A stretch of 64,000 nt of DNA from the human T2T-CHM13v2.0 reference genome, Homo sapiens (GCF_009914755.1 NC_060933.1), one strand, 5' to 3'; positions 1 to 13,750 are shown, counted from the stretch's first letter. The notes: generated from the sequence alone by a model not told the origin. Program-made: numbers and translations.

Positions 1-509
1 AAATAGTTTGGAGAAATAAATGGTAAATGTTATGGCACCAAGTCAAAGAGTATTGCTTCTTAACCTTCTGTGGGAGAAATAGTTCTGTACCGTGAGAACA
101 TTTTTTAGGGTGAGAGAGCTTAGGAGATTCAAGATTTCCAGGTGTGTCAACATAGATATTATTTTCCCATAAGCGAAGGCCACATTTTTTTCATGCTAGG
201 AACCCAGTGATGGCCTAGCATCCAACCATTAGTAAAAATACAAGTGAATAATTCTAGTTTAAGGTATATAAATACATTCTTACTATACAACCTAAAGTAG
301 CGAGGTTGTTTTAGAAAAAAGGGTGAATATAATTTTCAGATGGGTGGGATAAAATTTTGCTGGACAATATAGAGGTTTTTTTGTAATATCTGTTATTGAA
401 ACATAATATTGTGTATATTATAACATATATATTTTACATGTAGAATTTTTGAACTTTTAAATTTTAAGATATAAAATATTGTAATCTATTTTATATACAA
501 ATATGTCTC

Positions 510-790
510 AAAATTTTATTTTAAGATAATTGTAGATTCACATGCAATCGTATGGAATAATACAAAGATATCTGCTACAGTCCTCCTCTGATTTTCCCTA
601 GTGGTAAAATCTTGCATAAGCATAATGCAATATCACACAAAACAAAATGACATTGACACAACCTATCTACCTATTCAGATTTCACCAGTTTCACTTGCTC
701 TCATTTGTGTGTGCATGTACACACACTTAGTTCTAGGCAACACGTACATTCATGACACAAAATTTTTTACAAGTATGGGTGTAACAAGCT
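510..790 (-). mobile_element. Old L1 (L1MC/L1MD-type) 3' end fragment
   Basis: TTATTTTAAGATAATTGTAGATTCACATGCA...GGTAAAATCTTGCATAAG...ATTCAGATTTCACCAGTTT matches the antisense 3' UTR of L1MC/MD-class elements; subfamily uncertain. Confidence 0.7.
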
Positions 791-1189
791 ACATGTGTAT
801 TTGATATAAATGTAACTGTATGATAAAAAAGGATAATTTATAGTGTACGTGCCTAGGATAAAGGGAAAATCCCAAGTATAATATACAGAGATATTATTTC
901 AAGATAAATGTCTTTAACTAATTATAAAATGTATATACAAAAATCTTATTTTAAAGAAAAGATATGAATCATTATTATCTATATTTTAGTATCATTATAC
1001 TTTTTATTACCATTTTAGAAAATGCTAGCAGGTAAAGACCCACTGATACTTTTTGCTTTCTGTCTTAACATCACGTTTAGATGAGGTTCAATTATGAATT
1101 CATAGTGGATTGTTCACATAAGAGATTTACTTGTTTTGTTTTAGTTTTCTCAAACATTAAAACAATGTAAACTATATTTTGATAGTTAA

Positions 1190-2445
1190 TAAACTTTATT
1201 TTTAGAGTAATTTCAGGCTCACAGCAAAATTGAATAGAGTGTACAGTGTTCGCCACATGTATGCAGTCTCCCCCAGTAAATACATCTGGAACCATAGTTG
1301 TACATTTGTTACAATAAAATAACTCACATTCATACATCCTTATCATCCAGAGCCAATAGTTTACATTAGGGTTCAGTCTTGATTTGTACATTCTATAGGT
1401 TTCAGCAAACATATCCATGTATTCATCATTATTACATTTTACAAAGCAGTTTCACTATCCTAAAAATCCTCAGTACCCTAACTATTTATCCCTCCTTCAC
1501 CCAACAACCCTTGGCAACCCCTAAACTTTTTAATGTTTTCACAGTTTTGTCTTTTCTGTAATGTCATATACATGGAATCGTACAGTATGTAACTTTTTCA
1601 GATTTACTTCTTTGATTTAGTAATATTCATTTAAATTTCCTTTGTCTTTTTATGGCTAGACAGCTCATTTTTTAATGCTGAGTAATATTCCACTGCTTGG
1701 ATATACCACAGTTTATTTATCCATTCACCTATTGAAGGACATCTTGTTTGGTGACAAATTTTGGCAATTATAAATAAAATTGCTATAAACATCTGTAGAC
1801 AGATTTTTGTGAGAATGTAAGTTTTCAATTCATTTGGACAAATGCCAAGGAGTGTGATCATTGTATTATAGGGTAAGAGTATGTTTATATTTGGCAGATA
1901 TGGCCAAAGGGTCTTCCAAAGTGGCTCTACTGTTTTGTATTTCCACCAGCAAATAAGAGTATCTGTTGCTCCATGTCCTCCCCAGCATTTGGTAGTGTCA
2001 GTTTTCTGGATTTTAGCTATTCTAATATGTATATATAGGTATCTTTACTTGTTTTAATTTATAATTACTTAATGATATATACTGTGGAACATCATTTTAT
2101 ATGCTTATTTGCCATCTGTATATCTTCTTTGTTGCAGTTTCAGTTCAGGTCTTGTGTCCATTTTTTAATTTAAACTTATTTATTTTCTTATTGTTGAGTT
2201 TTAAGAGTTATTTATATGTTTTAGAAAGCAGGGATTTTTTTCCTCCAATGTGTTTTTTGCAAATATTTTACCCCAGTCTGTGACTTGTTTTTCCATTCTT
2301 TTGACACTGTGTTTTACAGAGCAGTCATTTTTAATTTTAATAAAGTCCTTGTTATCAATTCTTCCTTTCATAGGTTGTATATTCGATGCTGTATCTAAAA
2401 AGTCATTGCTGTACCCAGAGTTATTTAGTTTTCTCCCTAAATGAG
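1190..2445 (-). mobile_element. L1MC1-like 3' UTR plus ORF2 C-terminus
   Basis: TTTAGAGTAATTTCAGGCTCACAGCAAAATTGA...TAGTTTACATTAGGGTTCA is the L1MC1 3' end; ORF 1631..1861(-) gives MFIAILFIIAK..CPSIGEWINKLWYI..EYYSA, the ORF2 C-terminus. Confidence 0.85.
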
Positions 2446-2743
2446 TATTCTGTAGGCAACATACAGTCGAGTCTTGTTTTTTGGTTCATTTTAACAATCT
2501 CTGGTCTATACAAGATATTTGTATCAAAATTTTTAACTATCTTTGTTTTGTAGACAATGTGTAGAAACCAAACACCCTTTGCGTTCATCTCACCTACCAT
2601 CTTAAATCATAAGGCCAGGAAGTAGCAACAATTTGTGTAGATTAAGGATTTTCAGGACTTAAAATTTAAATTAACCAAGGAAGGGCATAGATCAACATCA
2701 CTGATTTAAATTCTCCATAACTGATAAAAACTTGAAAGGTAAA

Positions 2744-3126
2744 TATATTCGTCCATTCTCACATTGCTGTAAAGAACTACCTGAGACTAGGTAGTTTATA
2801 AAGAAAAGAGGTTTAATTTGCCCATGGTTCCACAGGCTGAACAGGAAACGTGGCTGGGGAGGCTTCAGGAAACTTACGATTATGGCAGAAGATAAAGGAG
2901 AAGCAGGTACATCTTACATGGCTGGAGAAGAAGGAAGAGAGCAAAGTGGGAGGTGATACACATTGTTAAACAACCAGATCTCATGAGAACTCACTTGATA
3001 TTAGGAGAACAGCAAAAGGCAAATCCACCCCCATGATGCAATCACCTCCCACAGGTCCTTCTTCCAACATTCGGGATTACAATTCGATATGAGATTTGAG
3101 CAGGGACACAAACTCAAACCATATCA
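2744..3126 (-). mobile_element. MSTA solo LTR (ERVL-MaLR)
   Basis: Complete TATATTCGTCCATTCTCACATTGCT...AAACCATATCA; 5-bp TSD GTAAA (2739-2743) / ATAAA (3127-3131). Confidence 0.92.
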
Positions 3127-5159
3127 ATAAACATTTTAAAATAACATATTTGACTGCATTATCTTTAGTTGATACACTTGGAAAATTCGTATTTATAATA
3201 CTTTATATTCCAGTACTTACTATGGCATTGTATAATTTTGACACGGTAAATATTGTATCGTAATTTTGAGATGAGAAGGATAAGGAAAACCATCAGATGA
3301 TGATTTTACCTTTCCTTTTGAACAGGCATTGATCAATATTATCATCATTGGAAAGCTAAAATCATTTCGTGTGCCAAAATTTTCAAGCAATATTAAGATA
3401 TTGGTATCAGAAGACTGTGCATAACTTAATACCCAACTTACATGAGTTTGCACATTACTTAAAATAACCAACAGGATATTTGTTAATGTATTACATAGAA
3501 TTCTTTATACATGTATGAATTGTCCGATTGATAATATATGTTTAAAGAGAATTTTGGTTGCTATTTATACTTACATCATCTCCTTTCCACATATTTGGGC
3601 TTTGTTAGCTGTCAATAAACTAAAGCCTTTTGCAGAAATATGACATCATAGCAACTAACTATACTGAATGTGATTTTCTGCATTATGGATATTGTGCTTG
3701 TTTATACATTGTTAGTAATTATGTGTTGCCTACAAAGTAGGTAATAGAGGTAACAGATACAGATTTTTATTCAAAATAGATGGATAAGAGCCATATAACT
3801 CTTAAGGTAAAGCCATCTAGATGTTACTAAGTTAAGAAACTGATTTATAGATAGACTTTTTTAGAACACAGAAATATAACTCAGGAGAAATACATTATTC
3901 ATTTCTTCTTATAAGCCTACTTTGCATAACTGCTTATGAAATGCTTAAGTTTTCATTGTAACGGGAAAATATACTCTCTTTTTCAAAAATCATGCCATAA
4001 AAATGGGTCTATTGTCATCAATTTTTATACAGGAATAGATGTTTCTGCCAATGCTTAGCTGAGGTTAAAAGTAGATTTAAAATGGTACAATTTTTCACTT
4101 TTCAATAAAATGATGTCAGTGTTTTGATATTAACTCTAAGTTGATCAAAAAGTTATTGTGACAGTTTCTATAAATAGTATATTTTAAATTACACTTTAAT
4201 TATTATGAGATCTGAATGACAGTGTAATACTAATAACTATATTTCTCCCCTTCACTGTTAATTCTACCACCTAATTTTTTCTTGATTTTTTTGCTATGGG
4301 GTGGAACCTGAATCCTCTAGTAGCTTAATAAAAACTGTTTGAATTCAATGGAGGCCTTATAAATAAATATATTTATCAGAAGAAGTCAGGTAGGAGGCAA
4401 ACAGACTGAGATCTGGGGATCTTTGAGGGCTGAAAACATATATTATAAAAGTTATGTAAAAGTAACATGGTATGTGACATAAAATCAATGTTTAATAAAT
4501 ATTTATATAATTGGATATTAAGTGCTCAGGAAATTATTTAATAGAATTCTACAATTAAGGTCTATTGATACCATAATTTGACCTAGATAATTGTCACCAG
4601 AGGGATTATGAATCTAAAATCTCAGTAATATGTTTTATAGTTAACTCAAAAATTCTATAGTGCTGTGGCTGATACAGCCAGCAGCCGCAGCAAACAGTGC
4701 TTTGTAGTCCATGAAGATGGAGAAGACATACATTTCACTGGTCTCCTAATCCTCCTACTTCTGGTGCTTTAACAAAATTTTTAAATGCTGAAAATTTGAA
4801 GAAATTCTACACCTTTCTTCCCTAGTCCCTAGTGGAATGTCTACTTTCTCAACACAACAATATTAGTTGACCTAAATTGGTGATGACAAGGAAACAAGCA
4901 AGCAAACAAAAACACTAATGAGATGCTCCCAGAAAATAATACACTTATTGTTGATGAACATATTCTGTAAACTCAGAAAGAAATTCTCCTTAAAACTATG
5001 AGAAGTAGGATGGAGAATCTAAAAACGTTAATACCATAAAGCTGGATTGCAGTTAATATAGGGTTTTAAGAATTAAATATTTGAAAGCTCAATAATAACG
5101 TGATTACACAGGGGGTAAGATTAGGAATACACAGTGTTGGTCAAAGAAAATAACACATT

Positions 5160-5370
5160 ATTTAAGGATTAACAGTTATGAACCTGATACTGTGTTAGCT
5201 GTTTAGATGCATATTAGTTCATCTCCATTGCTAATAGTAATATAATGACAGTTTATTGACAGCCTTATTCTAAATTGAAAAATAATATATGAAGACTATT
5301 TCTTGCTTACAGTTATTTGGTTAGTAAGTAGTAAAGCCATAATTTTAATATATATCCTCCCTTCAAATTA
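5160..5370 (-). mobile_element. MIR remnant
   Basis: Degenerate match to antisense MIR (GATACTGTGTTAGCTGTTTAGATGCATATTAG ... GGTTAGTAAGTAGTAAAGCC). Confidence 0.4.
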
Positions 5371-5479
5371 CAAAATACATCCCTGCACCATGAATATAAA
5401 AATAGAACTTCATTATAGGTAAAACTTTATTATAGATAAATAAGAGAAGTAGAGAAAATGTGAATATGCTTCCAAGCTG

Positions 5480-5665
5480 CATGAGTTACACACATAATTA
5501 CCATTTCTTGTGCTTCTTATTCTTGTGCAAACTTAAATTTTCATCTGGTATCATAGTTCTCATACCTGATGGACTTCCTTTAAGATTTCTTGTACTGAAA
5601 TTCTGCTGGTAATGAATTCTTTCAGCTTTTTTTAATGTCTGAAAACATCTTCATTTCACCTTCTT
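5480..5665 (-). mobile_element. Old L1 (L1ME-type) ORF1-region fragment; host of the following nested insertion
   Basis: CTGCTGGTAATGAATTCTTTCAGCTTTT..GTCTGAAAACATCTTCATTTCACCTTC is the antisense L1 ORF1 3' region; continues at ~9115. Confidence 0.55.
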
Positions 5666-5773
5666 TTCTTTGTCGTTTACACTCTTATTTCACTAAACGT
5701 GTTATTTTGAGATAATTGTAGATTCACATGCAGCTATAAAATGATATAAACAAATTCCATGTATTCTTTATCA

Positions 5774-5852
5774 TGATAAAAGAAAAACTTCAGCCAAATT
5801 AAATTTTTTAAAGTTTGAGGAATGACTCATGAATTGGGCAACCTCTCCAGCC
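5774..5852 (-). mobile_element. MER51/MER57-like ERV1 LTR 3'-terminal fragment
   Basis: TGATAAAAGAAAAACTTCAGCCAAATTAAATTT...ATGAATTGGGCAACC is the reverse complement of the MER51/57 LTR end. Confidence 0.6.
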
Positions 5853-5910
5853 GTAGTAGGCTTTCTTATATCACTTTGTGTATGTTTACTAGCGTGTGCT
5901 ATGGTGATTA

Positions 5911-6111
5911 CAATAAATCTTCACTTAAATGTCACGAACAGGTTCTTGGAAACTGCAACTTTGAGAAAAACAACCTACAGCAGGTCCTTGAATAACATTG
6001 GTTCACCATAACATTGATGAGAAAAAAAAATTTGGTTTCGTTATACATCATTTCCATTAAAGTTGGAATTTCCAAGAATGTTGTTTAATGATGATAAGTG
6101 AGGGCTTTCTG
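5911..6111. mobile_element. MER6B-like non-autonomous DNA transposon (TcMar-Tigger)
   Basis: Terminal inverted repeats CAATAAATCTTCACTTA / TAAGTGAGGGCTTTCTG, TA on both sides, internal inverted TTCTTGGAAA / TTTCCAAGAA and a CAGCAGGTCCTTGAATAAC core. Confidence 0.8.
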
Positions 6112-6314
6112 TACATAAGCATATATCCTTTATCATAATGGACTGCTAACATTTTATCACTTCTAGTGAAGTATGAAAACCTTCCATTTTGGTTCCTTTA
6201 CCTTATTAAACATCATTTTGGTGAGCATTGATTGTTGTTAGTTTTAATTATTTTCTGTTCAATTTAATTGTATTTATTGTTGTCATATTTATTACTTTTT
6301 ACTTAGAAACCTGA

Positions 6315-6698
<384 letters not shown>

Positions 6699-6841
6699 CT
6701 TTCTTTTTTCTTAATGCTACAAAAGTTTCATCATTTTATTCTGTTCGAAGAACTTCCTTTAGCCATTCTTTGACAGTAGGTAGGCTAGAGACACATTCTT
6801 TTAACTTTCCTTCGTCTGAAAATATCTGTATTTCTCTTCAC

Positions 6842-7307
6842 TGGGTATTCAAACAACAGCTAGACTTGAAACAGAACTCTAACTCACAGTCTGCAACAAT
6901 CAGTCTGGAAGGCTAAACTACAACCTGCGGCAAATGGTGCAGGAAGCCCAACCACAACTTCTGTGGCACACAAATCTGAACAGTCAAAACTTTAACAGCA
7001 ACTAACAGGTTTCCTAATTTCTCCCCTCACTTCTAACTTAGGAACAATTGGAGAAATCCAAATATACCTTCCTAACTAACCAAATAGGATGCCCTGCTCT
7101 AGTTATCCTACCTCCACCTTCCCCATCCCAGCTGCCTCCACTCAAGAGATGTCAGAAACCATCTTTTTTTCCTCCTATAAAGCTTTCCTCCTCTGCTTGG
7201 CTTTGAATTTCTGCCAAATCCAAATGAGCTTCTGACTCCTTTGCTATATAGCAAACTCTGAATAAATAGGCTTTGCTTATTCTCACTGGGCTGATCATTT
7301 ATTCAAA
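6842..7307 (+). mobile_element. ERV-type solo LTR (family not confidently named) inserted in L1 ORF1
   Basis: LTR layout with CTATAAAG TATA-like box (~7176) and AATAAA (7261) about 45 bp before the end; host L1 text ATTTCTCTTCA resumes as CTTCATTCTTGA after it. Confidence 0.7.
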
Positions 7308-9114
7308 CTTCATTCTTGACGTGTAGTTCTCACAGATAAGAATTAGTAGTGGACAGTTGTGTTTTTTTATCCACACTTCAAAAATATTATGCCACTTCCT
7401 CCAAGTTTTCAGATGAGAAAATTAGCTGTCATTTGAATTAGCATACTCATGTAGGTAATGTGTTGTTCCTCTTTTGCCATTTTCAAACTTTTAAACTTTT
7501 CTATAATCTTCACATGTTTAATTTTGATGTGTCTACTGTGGATTTATGTGAGTTAATCCTATTGTGGTTTTCTCAGCTTCTTAAATCTGTAGGTTTATAT
7601 ATTTAACCACATTTTGGAAATTTCCAGCCAGTATTTTAGTCACTTTCTATTTCCTCTCCTTCTGAGACTTTGATGACACAAATGTTAATTTATAAAACAT
7701 TATCCAATAGTCCTAGAGGCTCTAATATTTTTTAAGTCTATATCTTCTCTGATGTTCCAGTTGGGCAAATTCTATTGATCTGTTCTCAAGTTCACTGATT
7801 TTATTCTGTATCATTTTTATGCCATTACGGAGCTTACCTAGTGAGGGTTCTTACAGTATAGTGTTTTTCATCTTCACAATTTCCATTTTATAACTCCAGT
7901 GTCTTTGCTGAGATTTCCAGTTTTTAAAATTTGTTTCAAAAGAATCTGTAACTTCTCATTAAAATATTTTTTAGGATGGCAGTTTTAAATCCCTTGTTAG
8001 ATTATTCCACCATTTAATTTTTCTCAATGTGGATATCAGTTATTTGTCTTTTCTCATTCCAGTTGTGATTTTTTTCTTGGAATAACATGTGATTTTGTAT
8101 TTTGTCCTGGACATTTTATCTATTATGTTAAGAGACTCTGGGTCTTATTTAAATCTTTTATTTTTGCAGTCAATTAACCCGTGTAAGTTTAATACATGGG
8201 TCTTAGTCTATTTTTCTGGGCTCTGCTTTCAATGACATTTTTTAAAAGTTTTTTTAGTGTTATCTTAAAAGGTCTTGGTGTCAACAAATACTGTTCCCTA
8301 ATGGTGCTGTGGCCAGAGGAGGTGAAAGGAGCTTCCCCAAGCCAGGCTTCTTTGTGCCTCTAGATGGAGAAAGGTGGTCTCTGACCTATGAAGATGAAGT
8401 CTGTTTTCTGGACTGAGCAGTTGTGACAGTATTTTCTGGCCAAACCAGAACCACTTTCCTGCTTCATGTCTCCCAGTGAGTAAAAAGGTACTTCAGCCCC
8501 GAGGGGTGAAGAGAACATTCTGGGTCAGATTGCGTATTGTGGTAAGATTTCCCTTCCTTGTGTCCCCTGGCCACTGGATGTATCTAAAGTAAGGAGAGGT
8601 GTGTCAGACCCATGGAAAGGAAAAGGCTTTCCAGTCTAGATATTTGTTCTGGTGTGATTCTCCTTGTCAGTTCCCCCAACTGCCTGATGTTTCAACATGA
8701 AGGAATAGATCCTTAGGCCCAGAGTGGAAACAAAGCCCTCTCTTTGGCTACTTAGTGGGACTCCCATTTGCCTATGCTTCTGCACACACTGGAGGCTGTT
8801 ACTGGCACTGTTCTTTAATCCTGGGAGGAATAAGCCTACCTGGCCACCTTCTATTCGATTGGTGGTCAGGATATGCATTTCTTTTAGAAGCCTGCCCCTA
8901 GACTCTCTATAATTATTGAGTGGGGGCTCATAAAACTTCCTGCTATTACATAGTTTCTCCAGTCCTGGGATCCATTACCAATTGCCTTCTTCTGTCCAAC
9001 TTTAAGAGCTCTCCTTGGTTGCCTTTTCATTATTTTCATGGCTTGTTGTATTTAGCAGGAAGGAGAAAGGAGGGAGAAATCTATGCCATTTTGTCCATTA
9101 CTCTCTGTTTTTTT

Positions 9115-9680
9115 TTTTTTTTTTTGGAGTATATTTTCATTGTGTATAGAATTTTAGGTTAACTACTTTTTTTTTTCTTCAGATCTTTGTAGATGTTGGT
9201 CTTTGTTTCCTTTGTTTGTAATCATAAACCTGTTGTTAAATCTTATCCTTTTTTGTCATAATGCAATCTTTGCTGTTTTAACATTTTTATTTATTTTTTA
9301 AGGAAGCAATTTATTGTGAGATTTTGGTATAGTTTTTTTCATATTTCTTTTGTTTGTAGATTGTTGGTATTCTTAGATTTACGGCTTCAAAGTTTTATAT
9401 TTGGAAATTTTTCACCTATAATTTTTTCAGATTTTTTTTGTGTTACCCTTGTCTTCTTCAGTTACTTCATTTACACTTAATTTAGGCTGCCTGAAGTTGT
9501 CCTATAGCTCATTCTTCAGTATTACTAGTTTATTATTTTCCTATTTTTACTCTCTATTTTTACTTTTGGATAGTTTCTTTGGGTATGTCTTTGACTTCAC
9601 TAAGCATTTCATCTGAACTATTTACACTGCAGTTAATCCCATTCCATGAAATTTTCATTTTAGGCATTTCAGGCATTTCT
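9115..9680 (-). mobile_element. Continuation of the L1ME-type host (ORF1 region)
   Basis: TTTTGGAGTATATTTTCATTGTGTATAGAATTTTAGGTT is the text that follows CATTTCACCTTC (5651-5663) in antisense L1. Confidence 0.55.
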
Positions 9681-10224
9681 GTTTGTTTCTTTCTTTCTCT
9701 GTTCTTTTTCTTTTATTTCTAGATTAGATTTCTTAACCAGTCTCAGATTATATCTTATACTGCTAACAAATCCAATTCTGCCTTAAATATGATATATTCG
9801 GTAGAGTTATTTGACATTTCCAGCAAAAATATGCCATCTAATATAATCTCTAAAAGTTAACACAAAAATCTGTACAGATTGCAACTGACAATAGCTTTGA
9901 AGGAAAAACAAACAATTGCCACTCTGGGAAATCAATCCTAGAGTTTGCTGCCTATATCTTTGCTTTCTAATGAAAAAGCTTCTATTTAAATAAAACAATT
10001 CTCTATCAACATTAATCTTCAAATGATGCGTTCATATAGAGAGCTTTCAGTGGCACATATTTGCACTGTGGTCATACTCCATTTAAATTTATGCTCTAAG
10101 CAGCCTTAGGGAAACACCATTTTCCAACATTCTAATTTGCAAGGTTTTCTGAGAGTATATTCATACATTAAACTGAACATCCCATTACACAGTTTTAAAG
10201 TGTTATTAAAAGATGCATGTCCTT

Positions 10225-10675
10225 AATAAATTTTTCTGGTTGCCAAACAAGAGCTTGGGTGCCATGGGTGCGGATGCTAAAGGCTGTCACACTGACCCTC
10301 TGCCCTCACTGGCAGACAGCAATTGACTCAGTTGAAAAGGCAGAGGGCCCACTGAGCTGTTTAACACTTAAGCAGTCTGCAGAAGGCAAAGCTTAAAAAA
10401 GCACTGTAACGCAAGCCCTCTAGAGCTTCAGGGGTCTCAGGTACTCGACCCTAGCTGCTGCCATGGGCAACAGGGAGTTTTGCTCCTGCTGTCACCCGAA
10501 AGTACTCACACTGTTTCTGCACCCTCTCATCTGCATGCTCCCTCCTGAGAGGGGTTGAGTGCAAAGGGTTCCAGTGAGTGGACTTGCCCCAGCCAGTGTC
10601 AAAGTGGCCGGCTAGCCCAAGCACCCACACTCCAGTTCTCCTTGGCAAAGGGGTCAGGGAAAATTTCCTGCTACA
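10225..10675 (+). mobile_element. 3' half of an LTR1/LTR27/LTR28-group ERV1 LTR
   Basis: AGGCTGTCACACTGACCCTC...CTGAGCTGTTTAACACTTAAGC...GCACTGTAAC...GGGGTCAGGGAAAATTTCCTGCTACA; GC-rich island ending in CA. Confidence 0.75.
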
Positions 10676-11171
10676 AAAACTCATCAGAAAGACATAGAGA
10701 GACAAAACATAATTTGGATAATGTAGTGAATTTTTAAAAAGATATTTTATTCAATAATATGATGCTTTATTTTATAGCATGCTAATTACTATTTGTAGTA
10801 TTGTCAGGCAACCTGTGAAAATACTGTACACTTCTGCAAAATTTTTCCTATTGCACTAATTATTTACTAATTATATTTCAGAGCAGGAAATAATTTGTGT
10901 TCACTAAATGTCAAATTGATTATTGAATGTTATTCCAAAAAGTTAAATGTGTTCCATCTTGCACACCTATATTTGGGGAATCCTATTCCTTCCCATTGAT
11001 ATTACTACGTGCTGCCACTGTTATTATTGCAGATATCTTGTCACCACAGTTGGACAAAATTCTATGAGAATGTCTAATAAATATAACCAGGAATGAATCT
11101 GTCTTGTGGGACCTTATTCCAAATTCACAGAAAGACTAATGATGTAATTCAGAATGCCATCAATGCAGCTG

Positions 11172-11217
11172 CTAAATATTGTACATAAGAATGGTACTAA
11201 ATATTGTGCATAGGAAT
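11172..11217 (+). repeat. Short tandem duplication, 21-bp unit, period 25
   Basis: CTAAATATTGTACATAAGAAT (11172-11192) and CTAAATATTGTGCATAGGAAT (11197-11217), 2 mismatches. Confidence 0.85.
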
Positions 11218-11890
11218 AAACACATAAGAATCAGTTTGGCAAAAAGTACCACTTCTTTGAGTTTGTAATGCTTAAATTCGGAAAAAATATGGAGTAGTTT
11301 TAAAACTAGAAGAGCAAAACTATGTTTATATGGTATATAACAGTAAATTTTATCTATCTGTTTTCATGTGTCAAGCCTATATTTTTAAATTAATGGGGAT
11401 GCATGTGAAAGCAAATAGTTTATGCATCTGTACCCTTCCATAATCTTGGATCTCAGTTATTTAGTTTTCCTGAGGAAACTTATCACGATATAACGAGCCA
11501 GAACTAATTCCATAAGCAAGATAAAATCTCTCCTTTAACCTGCACTGTGTATAACCATCAAAATTAACTTCAAGAGCTCATGAACTTCACAACTGTAATG
11601 TCTTCTTAAAAAGATATATACAGTATTCTAAACAGATGGTGCAATATACTGACCCTAATAAAATAAGTATTTTAATGTTAACAGTCAGTGGCTAATAAAT
11701 ATATTCTTGGAGGTACTTTGCTTAACTTCACCTTTGATACATATGTAACAAAATATGATTTCCTAATAGCTTCTAAAATTTTATGCATATTTTGATCGCT
11801 ACTGGTTCTTAAGGTAGATAGGTTGTGCAATTTGTAAGTATATGTTTTATACGATAGATTTTTTATACTTCACTTTATTATAGCACATTG

Positions 11891-12427
11891 TGTGATGGTT
11901 AACTTTTATGTTTCAACTTGACTGAATTAAGGAATACCCAGATAGCTAGTAAAGCATTATTTTCAAATATATCTGTGATGGTGTTTCCAGAAGAGACTGA
12001 CATTTGAATCAGTGTACTGGGTAAGCAATATATGCTCTCACCCAATGTGGGTGGGCACTGTGCAATCAGTTTAGGGCCTAGATAAGACAAAAAGGCAGAA
12101 GAAAGGTGATTCATACTCTCTTTTCTGAAGCTGAGACACCCTTCTTCTCCTGCCCTTGGATATCAGAATTCCAGCATCTATGACCTCTGGACTCTGGAGT
12201 TTGCACCAACCACTCCCCAGTTTCTCTGGCTTTGGTCTAGGACTGAGAGTTATGCCATCATCTTTCCTGGTTCTGAGGCCTTCACACCTTGTCTGAGCCA
12301 TGCTACCAGCCTCCCTGGCTCTCCAGCTTGCAGATGGCCAATCATGGGACTTCTCAACCTTCATAATTGCATGAAGTAATTCGCCTAATAAATCTCCTCT
12401 CATATATCCATCTATAGCTGTATCATC

Positions 12428-12481
<54 letters not shown>

Positions 12482-12575
12482 ATCTATCTATTACTTCTCT
12501 CTCTCTCTCTCACTGTCTCTCTCTTGCTCTGTCTGTCCTATTGTTCTGTGTCTCTGAAGGACCCTGACTAATAGG
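11891..12575 (+). mobile_element. MLT2B-type solo LTR (ERVL)
   Basis: TGTGATGGTTAACTTTTATGTTTCAACTTGACTG start, CTAATAAATCTCCTCTCATA polyA region, ACCCTGACTAATA end. Confidence 0.9.
12428..12490 (+). repeat. Tetranucleotide STR (TCTA)13 TCA (TCTA)2
   Basis: Counted directly; lies inside the MLT2B LTR and is followed by a CT-rich run. Confidence 0.97.
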
Positions 12576-13614
12576 ATCTGGATATTGATGTTCAAACTAT
12601 TTTTAAGCAGTTTGTTCAAGCACTTTGGCAAACTAAATTACTTACTTACAAATTACTGTAAAGACAATTTAATAAAATTACTAAACTTTAAAAGTTAGTG
12701 AGCTGAGATCCAGGGAAGTTATGGGGCTTCCTCTGTTACACAGCTACCTGGAGGAGGGGCTGGGGAGTCCAGTATTAGATCACAGGTTTCCTGATGAATA
12801 GGCAAGTTTTCTTACACTTAAACAATTCTCACAAGTACCATTCCAGGTAAGGTAAAATTTATTTTTTAAAAATCTCCCATTATTTGCATTTTTAAAGTAA
12901 TATTTTACTTATATTTAGTGAGATGGATTAATTAAAAAAAAAACCTTTGCCTTAATGGAGAAACTGTGCCTGCTAATACAAAAAAAGATTTTGAAAAGGC
13001 TATTTATGTTTTCCCTAAGTAAGTTTTAATAGATTTACTCTCAGTAATTTTTTTTCTATAACATAAAACCAATCTCATCTATTCTTGCAAGCCAAATTCT
13101 TAGCCTCTTAGTAAGCATAAAACCACTGGATGGGTATCTGCTTATTTTCCTTTCTTTCAGGCATCTTGGATAATGAGTTTTCCATTGGATTATAAAATAT
13201 TGAAGATTTTCATTGTGCTTTGTCTAAAATTGTTCAACTTTTCTTTTTGGATTTCTCAGACACTTTTTTTCCTCTTTTTTTTTTCTCTCTTCTAACCTGT
13301 CACTTCATAGAGCTCTATTAACAAGTAGGTAAACAGCAATCTAAATACACTCCCAAATAGATCTGAATTTCATGTGTCAACTTCAATTTCACTCACACAT
13401 ATTTTCCCCAAAGCTGTCATGAAACCAGTTTTACTACATTACTTAACAGGAATAGGAGTAGGCGTAAAAACATCTTGAGAGGTATATTTTATTGTACATT
13501 ATATGTTGATACACTGTATGCTGGGAATACTTTTATTTCTGAAAAAATAGTTTGTTTGTTTTTTTACTTTTCAAGCAGGGGTAAAGAACCTAATGTCTAT
13601 TGAATCTCTAATGC

Positions 13615-13750
13615 ATGCACATTTTATGTTATGATTTATACTATGATTTCATTAAATCCCCCCAAAAACATGGTGAGGTCATTTACATATAAGAAAACTG
13701 AAGTTCAGGTTTTTAAGAAACTTATTTAAGAATACAGTCTGGCAAATGAC
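13615..13750 (-). mobile_element. MIR remnant
   Basis: ATTTACATATAAGAAAACTGAAGTTCAGGTTTTTAAGAAACTT resembles the antisense MIR core TTTACAGATGAGGAAACTGAGGC..AGGTTAAGTAACTT. Confidence 0.55.

Noticed and set aside
515-5735. Near-identical AGATAATTGTAGATTCACATGCA at ~524 and ~5709 as a local duplication
   Set aside because: Both are 3' tips of the same old L1 class, and their flanks diverge; independent insertions are sufficient
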